Positions 37,586-44,796 of a stretch of DNA of 64,000 bases are shown here, in pieces. The stretch covers positions 4,636 to 68,635 of the forward strand of contig JAICXL010000005.1 of NCBI GenBank assembly GCA_025980475.1, read 5' to 3'. The stretch's first letter is position 1; every line of letters starts with the position of its first letter. The position numbers and the translations under genes are program-made. The notes below the pieces were generated by a model. That model was not told the origin of the DNA. It made no database searches and saw only the letters and a program-made list of their open reading frames with translations. The stretch comes from Nocardioidaceae bacterium. Its GTDB lineage: Bacteria; Actinomycetota; Actinomycetes; Propionibacteriales; Nocardioidaceae.

Positions 37586-38527
37586 ATGCGGATCGTGATG
37601 GCGCTCGGCGGCAACGCCATGACGTCACCCGACGGCCGCGCCCGCGTCAGCGACCAGCAGCAGGCGATCACGGGCGCCTGTGTGCACATCGCCGACCTGG
37701 TCGGGCGAGGCCACGACGTGGTGATCACCCACGGCAACGGTCCGCAGGTCGGCAACCTGCTGCTGAAGAACGAGCTCGCAGCCGCCGAGGTGCCGCCCGT
37801 CCCGCTGGACTGGTGCGGTGCGTCGACCCAGGCGACGATCGGAATCACGGTGATGGACGCGCTCGACGTCGCCCTCGCCCGGCTCGGCATCGACAAGCCC
37901 ACCGCGACGCTGGTCTCCCGCACCCTGGTGGACGCGGACGACCCCGGTTTCGCGCGGCCAACCAAGCCGATCGGGCGGCACCTCTCGCGGGACGACGCCC
38001 AGGTGCTGATCGACCACGGCCAGCACTTCGTCGAGGTTCCCGGCAAGGGCTGGCGTCGCGTGGTCGCCTCCCCGGAGCCGGTCGAGTGCCTGGACGCGCC
38101 GGCCGCCGACACGCTGCTCGGCGCCGGCTACGTGGTGGTCTGCTCCGGCGGCGGCGGGATCCCGACGGTCAGGCGATCCGACGGTTCGCTCGCCGGGGTC
38201 GAGGCCGTGATCGACAAGGACCTCACGGCCTCGCTGGTCGCCAGGCACATCAACGCCGACGTGCTGGTGATCGCCACCGATGTCGACCATGCGGTCACCG
38301 ACTACGGCACCGACCACGAGCAGCCGATCGGCGAGGTCACGGCGGCGGAGATGCGCCGGATCGCCGAGCAGCAGCACTTCGCCGCCGGCTCGATGGGCCC
38401 CAAGATCGAGGCGGTGACCCGCTTCGCCGAGCACGGCGGCACCGGGGTGATCACCTCGCTGGGCAACATCTCGGACGCGGTCGGTGGCCGCGCCGGCACC
38501 CGCGTCGTACCCGCTCCCCGAACCTGA
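37586..38527 (+). CDS. arcC: carbamate kinase
   Basis: [12 protein letters not shown].., [15 protein letters not shown], and GGGGIP with a C-terminal GSMGPKIEA block; 313 aa. Confidence 0.9.
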   Translation: MRIVMALGGNAMTSPDGRARVSDQQQAITGACVHIADLVGRGHDVVITHGNGPQVGNLLLKNELAAAEVPPVPLDWCGASTQATIGITVMDALDVALARLGIDKPTATLVSRTLVDADDPGFARPTKPIGRHLSRDDAQVLIDHGQHFVEVPGKGWRRVVASPEPVECLDAPAADTLLGAGYVVVCSGGGGIPTVRRSDGSLAGVEAVIDKDLTASLVARHINADVLVIATDVDHAVTDYGTDHEQPIGEVTAAEMRRIAEQQHFAAGSMGPKIEAVTRFAEHGGTGVITSLGNISDAVGGRAGTRVVPAPRT

Positions 38528-38552
38528 ACGCGCAGAAACCGAAAGGAACCCC

Positions 38553-39659
38553 ATGCCCTCCGCCATCGAAGTACGCAAGGTGCCGCTGCACTCCGTCTCC
38601 GACGCCTCCGAGCTCGGCAGGCTGATCGACGACGGCGTCTTCGAGGCCGATCGGGTGATCGCGGTGATCGGCAAGACCGAGGGCAACGGCGGCGTCAACG
38701 ACTACACGCGGATCATCGCCGACCGGGCCTTCCGCGAGATGCTGGTGTCGAAGGGCGCGGACGCCGAACGCGTCAAGGAGGTCCCGATCGTCTGGTCCGG
38801 CGGCACCGACGGGGTGATCAGCCCGCACGCGACGATCTTCGCGACCGTCGACCCGGATCCTGCACACGGGCCGACCGACGAGCCGCGCCTGACCGTCGGC
38901 TTCGCGATGAGCGAGAAGCTGCTCCCCGAGGACATCGGTCGGCAGGCGATGGTCAGCAAGGTCGCCGACGCGGTCAAGGTCGCGATGGAACGCGCGGGCA
39001 TCACCGACCCGGCCGAGGTGCACTACGTGCAGACCAAGACGCCGCTGCTCACGATCGACACGATCCAGGACGCGAAGAGCCGTGGCCACGACGTCTTCAC
39101 CGAGGACACCCTGGCCTCGATGGACGTCTCCAACGGCGGGACGGCACTGGGCATCGCGGTGGCTCTCGGGGAGATCGAGATGCCGCGCGACGAGGACGTG
39201 CTGCGTGACCGCTCGCTCTACTCCTCGGTGGCCTCGTGCTCCTCGGGGGTGGAGCTGGACCGGGCCCAGGTCGTGGTGGTGGGCAACGCCCCCGGGGTCG
39301 GCGGCCGGTACCGTATCGGGCACTCGGTGATGAAGGACGCCCTTGACCAGGACGGCGTCTGGGAGGCGATCCGGTCCGCCGGCCTCGACCTGCCCGAGCG
39401 GCCGCGCACCGCGGACCTCGACGGCCGGCTGGTCAACGTGTTCCTCAAGTGCGAGGCGTCCCAGGACGGCCAGGTGCGTGGGCGTCGCAACGCGATGCTC
39501 GACGACTCCGACGTGCACTGGCACCGGCAGATCAAGGCCTGTGTCGGCGGGGTGGCCGCGGCGGTCACCGGTGACCCCGCGGTGTTCGTGTCGGTGTCGG
39601 CCGCCCACCAGGGCCCGGACGGCGGCGGGCCGGTCGCCGCGATCGTGGACCTGGGCTGA
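38553..39659 (+). CDS. ring-opening amidohydrolase of the AtzD/TrzD/barbiturase family (barbiturase or cyanuric acid hydrolase)
   Basis: 368 aa. [34 protein letters not shown] and a C-terminal [15 protein letters not shown] all match my recollection of AtzD (GKTEGNGCVNDYTR .. AEHQGPAGGGPFAVI). RBS AAAGGAA precedes ATG 38553. Confidence 0.85.
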   Translation: MPSAIEVRKVPLHSVSDASELGRLIDDGVFEADRVIAVIGKTEGNGGVNDYTRIIADRAFREMLVSKGADAERVKEVPIVWSGGTDGVISPHATIFATVDPDPAHGPTDEPRLTVGFAMSEKLLPEDIGRQAMVSKVADAVKVAMERAGITDPAEVHYVQTKTPLLTIDTIQDAKSRGHDVFTEDTLASMDVSNGGTALGIAVALGEIEMPRDEDVLRDRSLYSSVASCSSGVELDRAQVVVVGNAPGVGGRYRIGHSVMKDALDQDGVWEAIRSAGLDLPERPRTADLDGRLVNVFLKCEASQDGQVRGRRNAMLDDSDVHWHRQIKACVGGVAAAVTGDPAVFVSVSAAHQGPDGGGPVAAIVDLG

Positions 39660-39663
39660 CCGG

Positions 39664-40203
39664 TCAGGCCGACGGGTCGCGGCCGGTGAAGGCGGCGATC
39701 CGGTCCGGCGCCGGCGCGTCGTCGGGCAGCTGCACCGCCGCACCGAAGGCGTTGCCCCGGTTGTCGTCGGTGAGGTTGTGCCGGATGAAGTCGAGTCCGC
39801 GCTCGGCGGCCTCGGCGTCGAGCTGGTCGGTGGGCCGCCCGAGGGCCCGGGCGAGGTCCCACGCGTGCACGGACAGCTCCGCGACCTGCCAGTCGACCCC
39901 CTCCGCCGTCGCGGCGTCGCCGGCCGCGTGCCAGGCCTGTCGCAGGTCGTCGGCGGCCGTGTCGAACGTCGCGGACCACCCCTCGCTCACCGGCTCCGGC
40001 GCGGCTGACCAGTCCGGTTGCTGCCCGCGGGCGGCCTCGGTGAATTTGCGCACGCCGCCGATCAGGTGTCCGACGAGCGTGGCGACGTCCCAGTCCTGGC
40101 AGGGGGTCGGGTCCTGCAGGTTCTCCTCGTGGACGTGCTCGAGCAGGTCGCTGATCTGGTCGAGCGCGCGGGAGAGTGAGGTGACGGCGGCATCGGCGTT
40201 CAT
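39664..40203 (-). CDS. DinB/MDMPI-N-like (TIGR03086-type) metal-binding protein
   Basis: 179-aa 3' part of the track ORF from ATG 40203. PCQDWDVATLVGHLIGG is typical of the mycothiol-dependent maleylpyruvate isomerase N-terminal-like fold. Confidence 0.6.
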   Translation of the reverse strand: MNADAAVTSLSRALDQISDLLEHVHEENLQDPTPCQDWDVATLVGHLIGGVRKFTEAARGQQPDWSAAPEPVSEGWSATFDTAADDLRQAWHAAGDAATAEGVDWQVAELSVHAWDLARALGRPTDQLDAEAAERGLDFIRHNLTDDNRGNAFGAAVQLPDDAPAPDRIAAFTGRDPSA

Positions 40204-40274
40204 CCGCTCATGACAGCCCTGCGCGGAACCCGTGGTCAAGGGCATTCCCGGTTGCGGCCCACGCGGGGCCCTGG

Positions 40275-41552
40275 TCAGCCGTCGAGCCAGTCGCGGATCG
40301 ACGTGTTGTGCTGGCCCAGCGTCGGCGGCGCCTGGTGCCGCGACCGACCTCCGGAGTGGCCGTTGTCGTCGAACCTGACCGGTGACCCGGGGAGCTCGAC
40401 CGTGCCGAGCGTCGAGTGGTCCACCGACACCACCAGCCCCTGCGAGCGGGTCTGGTCCCAGGCGTAGACGTCGTCGATGGTGCGCACCTTGCCCGCGGGC
40501 ACTCCGGCGGAGGCCAACCTGGAGAGGCAGTCCTCGGCGGTCGAGGACGCGAAGAGCTCCTCGAGGAGCTCGATCAGCGCGTCCCGGTTGGCGACCCGGT
40601 CGGGGTTGGTCGCGAAGCGCGGATCTCCTGCGTCGAGGCCGAACTCCTTGCACAGGGCCCGCCAGAGGTTCTCCGAGCCGCAGGCGATCTGCACCGGCGC
40701 GGTCGCGGTGGCGAACATCCCGTACGGCGCGATCGACGGATGGTGGTCGCCGGCAAGGCCGGGCACCTCGTGGGCGACGGTCCAGCGGGTGCCCTGGAAG
40801 GCGTGCACACCGACCACGCTGGCCAGCAGGGACGTCCGCACCACCCGGCCCCGGCCGGTGCGCTCCCGCTCGTGCAGCGCCGCCAGCACCCCGAAGGCGC
40901 CGTTCATCCCGGCCAGCAGCGAGGTGCGTACGACGCGGCCGCGCCCGGTCCGCGAGCGCTCGTGGAGAGCGGCGAGCACACCGAAGGCGCCGTTCATGCC
41001 GGCGATCAGGTCGGCGATCGGCACGCCGACCTTGGTCGGCTGCCCGGTGCCGGTGATCGACATCAGCCCGCCCTCGCCCTGGGCGATCTGGTCGTAGCCG
41101 GCGCGCTTCGCCTCCGGCCCGTCGTGCCCGAACCCGGTGATCGACAGCACCACAAGTCGCGGGTTCAGCTCGTGCAGTCGCTCCACGGAGAAGCCGAGCC
41201 GGTCGAGCACACCGGTGCGGAAGTTCTCCATCAGCACGTCGGCCCGCTCGACCAGCCGTGCCAGGACGTCGGCGTCGGCCGGGTCCTTCAGGTCGAGGGT
41301 GAGTGACTCCTTGTTGCGGTTGGCGGAGAGGAAGTACGACGACTCACGCGCGTCGGCGGGTCCGACGAAGGGAGGGCCCCACGACCGCGTGTCGTCGCCG
41401 GTCGGGCTCTCCACCTTGATCACCCGGGCGCCCATGTCGCCGAGCATCATCGCGGCGTGCGGGCCGGCCAGGGCGCGGGTCAGGTCGAGGACGAGCAGGT
41501 CGGCCAGCGGGCCGTCGGGCTGGGCGTCGGGCTGGAGACCGGGGGATGTCAT
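40275..41552 (-). CDS. family III (CaiB/BaiF) CoA-transferase carrying a 30-codon internal tandem duplication
   Basis: LLVLDLTRALAGPHAAMMLGDMGARVIKVE N-terminus and the catalytic-Asp region PIADLIAGMNGAFGVLAAL. The duplication is described as a separate feature and finding. Confidence 0.85.
   Translation of the reverse strand: MTSPGLQPDAQPDGPLADLLVLDLTRALAGPHAAMMLGDMGARVIKVESPTGDDTRSWGPPFVGPADARESSYFLSANRNKESLTLDLKDPADADVLARLVERADVLMENFRTGVLDRLGFSVERLHELNPRLVVLSITGFGHDGPEAKRAGYDQIAQGEGGLMSITGTGQPTKVGVPIADLIAGMNGAFGVLAALHERSRTGRGRVVRTSLLAGMNGAFGVLAALHERERTGRGRVVRTSLLASVVGVHAFQGTRWTVAHEVPGLAGDHHPSIAPYGMFATATAPVQIACGSENLWRALCKEFGLDAGDPRFATNPDRVANRDALIELLEELFASSTAEDCLSRLASAGVPAGKVRTIDDVYAWDQTRSQGLVVSVDHSTLGTVELPGSPVRFDDNGHSGGRSRHQAPPTLGQHNTSIRDWLDG
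40824..41003 (-). repeat. in-frame tandem duplication, 2 x 90 bp, inside the CoA-transferase gene
   Basis: 40824-40913 versus 40914-41003. Both encode AGMNGAFGVLAALHER(E/S)RTGRGRVVRTSLL. My hand alignment gives 72/90 nt identical and 29/30 aa identical. Confidence 0.9.
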
Positions 41553-41558
41553 AGGTCG

Positions 41559-41568
41559 ACCCTAGGCT
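41559..41568. promoter_or_regulatory. overlapping divergent -10 elements (TAGGGT on minus, TAGGCT on plus)
   Basis: On the minus strand, TAGGGT (41559-41564) lies 6 nt before ATG 41552. On the plus strand, TAGGCT (41563-41568) lies 6 nt before GTG 41575. Both fit TAnnnT-N6-start leaderless geometry. Confidence 0.45.
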
Positions 41569-44500
41569 GTGCGCGTGACTGACTACGAGCTGGTTCGGGA
41601 GCGGGTGGAGCGCGCCCGGGGGCCGCGTCTCGACGCGAGCCAGCAGGCAGTCGTCGACCACGCGACCGGTCCGCTGCTGGTGCTCGCGGGCCCGGGCACG
41701 GGGAAGACCACGACGCTGGTGGAGGCCATCGTCGACCGCATCGAGCGTCGCGGCGCGGACCCGGAGTCGGTGCTCGCGCTCACCTTCAGCCGCAAGGCCG
41801 CCGAGCAGCTGCGCGACCGGGTCACCGCCCGTCTGGGCCGCACGCTGTCGTCGAACCTGTCCTCGACCTTCCACTCGTTCGCCTATGCGCTGGTGCGGCA
41901 CTTCGCCTCGCCGGAGCTCTACGCCGAGCCGCTGCACCTGCTCTCGGCCCCGGAGCAGGACGTCGTGATCGCCGAGCTGCTGCGCGGTCCCGACGCGGTG
42001 GCCTGGCCCGACGGGTTCCGGGCCGCGGTCGGCACCCGTGGCTTCGCCCGCGAGCTGCAGGACCTGCTCGCCCGCGCAAGGGAGCGTGGCCTCGACGCCG
42101 ACGCGTTGCGGCGTCTTGGCCAGGCGTCGGGCCGGACCGAGTTCTCCTCGGCCGGCGCCTTCCTCGAGTCCTACCTCGACAACCTCGACTTCCAGAGCGC
42201 GCTCGACTACGCCGGCCTCGTCGCCCGCGCGGTCAGCGACGCCGAGCGCCACCGCGAGGAGCTGCGGGCGCGCTACCGGCACGTCTTCGTCGACGAGTAC
42301 CAGGACACCGATCCCGCCCAGGTCGCCCTGTTGCGCGCGCTGGTCGGCCCTGGTTGTGAGCTCGTCGTGGTGGGGGACCCGGACCAGTCCATCTACGGCT
42401 TCCGGGGTGCCGATGTTCGCGGGATCCTCGACTTCCCGGACAGCTTCCCCAAGCAGGACGGCAGCAGGGCCGACGTCGTCGCGCTGAGCACCACTCGTCG
42501 TTTCGGCCCGCGGATCCTCACCGCGGTCGGCCGGGTCTCCAGCTCCATCGGGGTCGCCGGGTCGATCGACGCCGCGTCATTGCAGGCGTTCCGCCGGCCC
42601 GAGGCGGCCATCGGTCCCCTCGGCGACGGCCGGGTCGAGGTCACCACCTACGACACCGCCCGGTCGGAGACCGAGCACGTCGCCGACCTGCTCCGACGCG
42701 CCCATCTCGAGGACGGCCTGGCCTGGTCCGACATCGCCGTGCTGGTCCGCTCCGGACGCACCAGCATCCCGGCGCTGCGCCGTTCACTGGTGGCGGCCGG
42801 GGTGCCCGTCGAGGTCGCCAGCGACGACACCCCGCTGGTCCGCGAACCGTCGGTGCTCCCGCTGCTGGACGCCCTGCACGCGGTGGTCAACCTCGACAAC
42901 GACGACCCGGCACACCGCGACCCCCTCGACGCCGTCCGCGCGGAGGCGCTGCTGCTCTCGCCGCTCGCGGGCCTCGACGCGATCGAGCTCCGCGCGCTCG
43001 CCTGGGAGCTGCGGACCCGTGAGAAGGCCCGCTGTGCGGAGGATGGCGACGCAGCGCGGCCGTCGAGCGACCTCGTGCGCGAGGCCGTGCTGCGGCCCGG
43101 GGCACTCGACGGGGTCGAGCTCCCCGCCGCGGCCAAGGTCCGCCGGCTGGGCCTGCTGCTGCGGGCCGCCCGTGAGGTGACCGTCGAGGGCGGCACCGTC
43201 GAGCAGGCCCTGTGGGAGCTCTGGTCGGGCACGTCGTGGCCGGAGCGGCTCAGCCGTGCCGTCGACGCGGGCGGGCCGGGGGCGCGGATGGCGCACCGCG
43301 AGCTGGACGCGGTCTGCGCGCTCTTCGACGCGGCCGCGCGGGCGGAGGAGCAGCGCGAGCACACCAGTGTCGCGAACTTCCTCGAGACCCTGCGGGCCCA
43401 GGAGATCCCCGCCGACACCCTGGCCGAGCGCGGGGTGCGGGGAGACGCCGTACGCCTGCTCACCGCGCACCGGTCCAAGGGCCTGGAGTGGCGGCTGGTC
43501 GTGGTCGCACACGTGCAGGAGGACGCCTGGCCAGACGTACGACGACGCGCGTCGCTGCTCCAGGCCGACCGGCTCGGCGACGGCGAGCTGCAGCCGCCCC
43601 GGCCCGTCCGGGAGCTCCTCAACGAGGAGCGGCGGCTGTTCTACGTCGCCTGCACGCGTGCCCGCCAGCGCCTCGTGGTCACCGCGGTCGCGTCGCCGGA
43701 CGACGACGGCGAGCAGCCTTCCCGCTTCCTCGCCGAGCTGGGCGTCACCGTCGAGCACGTGGCGGGGCGGCCAAGACGGCCGCTGTCCCTGGCAGGCCTG
43801 GTCGCCGACCTGCGTCGTGCCGTCACGGACCCCGCGACGACTCCGGCGCTCCGCGATGCCGCGGCCCGCCGGCTTGCCCGGCTGGCGGGGGAGACCGTGG
43901 CTGATCGGCCGCTGGTGCCGGCGGCCGACCCGGCCTCGTGGTGGGGCATCCGCGAGCTGTCGCGGTCCGACCTCCCGGTGCGGCCGTCCGACGAGCCGGT
44001 CGTGCTGTCAGCGAGCGCGCTCGCGGGCCTGCTGGAGTGCCCGGCGCGCTGGTTCCTCGAGCGGGAGGCCGGCGGGTCGTCGAGGTCCAGCGCCGCCCAG
44101 GGCTTCGGCAACATCGTGCACGTCATCGCCGACCTGGTCTCGCGCGGTGAGCTCGAGACGACCCCCGAGCAGGTCGACGAGCTGCTCGAGCACGTCGACG
44201 CGGTCTGGCACCAGCTGGCCTTCCGCACGCCGTGGTCGGGCACCCGGGAGCGGGCGGAGCTGCGTGCCGCGTTGCAGCGCTTCGTCGCCTGGCACCAGCG
44301 CCCCGATGCCCGCACCGTGCTGGCCACCGAGCAGGAGCTGACGGCCGAGGTGACCCTGCCCGACGGCCAGCGGGTGCGGCTGCACGGCTATGCCGACCGG
44401 CTCGAGGTTGACGACGCCGGCCGCGTCATCGTGGTCGACCTGAAGACCGGCAAGTACCCCCCCACCGACGCCTCGCTGGCGGAGAACCCGCAGCTCGGCC

Positions 44501-44796
44501 TCTACCAGTACGCCGTCGACCACGGCGCCGCCGACGAGCTGGTCGAGGCGCCCGCCGCGTCCGGCGGAGCGGAGCTGTGGCAGCTGCGCAAGGAGAGCAA
44601 GGGCACGCTGAAGGTGCAGGCACAGCCGCCGCCGGAGGCCGAGGACGGCCAGCCGCTGGTCATCGAGACCCAGCTGATGGCGGCGGCCAGCGCGCTGCGC
44701 GACGAGCGGTTCGACGCCAGGCCGGGCCCTTACTGCGAGCGCTGCCCCTTCGCGACGTTCTGCCCGGCGAAGGCGGCCGGGACGGTGCTGTCATGA
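41569..44796 (+). CDS. adnA: helicase-nuclease AdnA (UvrD-like motor plus C-terminal PD-(D/E)XK nuclease with Cys cluster)
   Basis: Walker A AGPGTGKTT, VDEYQDTD, and a C-terminal nuclease domain with C..CxxCx5C (LLECP .. YCERCPFATFCP). The start may be GTG 41575 rather than 41569. Confidence 0.85.
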   Translation: MRVTDYELVRERVERARGPRLDASQQAVVDHATGPLLVLAGPGTGKTTTLVEAIVDRIERRGADPESVLALTFSRKAAEQLRDRVTARLGRTLSSNLSSTFHSFAYALVRHFASPELYAEPLHLLSAPEQDVVIAELLRGPDAVAWPDGFRAAVGTRGFARELQDLLARARERGLDADALRRLGQASGRTEFSSAGAFLESYLDNLDFQSALDYAGLVARAVSDAERHREELRARYRHVFVDEYQDTDPAQVALLRALVGPGCELVVVGDPDQSIYGFRGADVRGILDFPDSFPKQDGSRADVVALSTTRRFGPRILTAVGRVSSSIGVAGSIDAASLQAFRRPEAAIGPLGDGRVEVTTYDTARSETEHVADLLRRAHLEDGLAWSDIAVLVRSGRTSIPALRRSLVAAGVPVEVASDDTPLVREPSVLPLLDALHAVVNLDNDDPAHRDPLDAVRAEALLLSPLAGLDAIELRALAWELRTREKARCAEDGDAARPSSDLVREAVLRPGALDGVELPAAAKVRRLGLLLRAAREVTVEGGTVEQALWELWSGTSWPERLSRAVDAGGPGARMAHRELDAVCALFDAAARAEEQREHTSVANFLETLRAQEIPADTLAERGVRGDAVRLLTAHRSKGLEWRLVVVAHVQEDAWPDVRRRASLLQADRLGDGELQPPRPVRELLNEERRLFYVACTRARQRLVVTAVASPDDDGEQPSRFLAELGVTVEHVAGRPRRPLSLAGLVADLRRAVTDPATTPALRDAAARRLARLAGETVADRPLVPAADPASWWGIRELSRSDLPVRPSDEPVVLSASALAGLLECPARWFLEREAGGSSRSSAAQGFGNIVHVIADLVSRGELETTPEQVDELLEHVDAVWHQLAFRTPWSGTRERAELRAALQRFVAWHQRPDARTVLATEQELTAEVTLPDGQRVRLHGYADRLEVDDAGRVIVVDLKTGKYPPTDASLAENPQLGLYQYAVDHGAADELVEAPAASGGAELWQLRKESKGTLKVQAQPPPEAEDGQPLVIETQLMAAASALRDERFDARPGPYCERCPFATFCPAKAAGTVLS

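Noticed and set aside
38553-39659. Firm assignment as cyanuric acid hydrolase (AtzD) and hence an s-triazine degradation island.
   Set aside because: Family membership is clear, but specificity cannot be read from the sequence by eye. There is no biuret hydrolase and no full-length AtzF-type allophanate hydrolase nearby. The permease and Mo-hydroxylase context fits pyrimidines better. The call is left open as barbiturase or cyanuric acid hydrolase.
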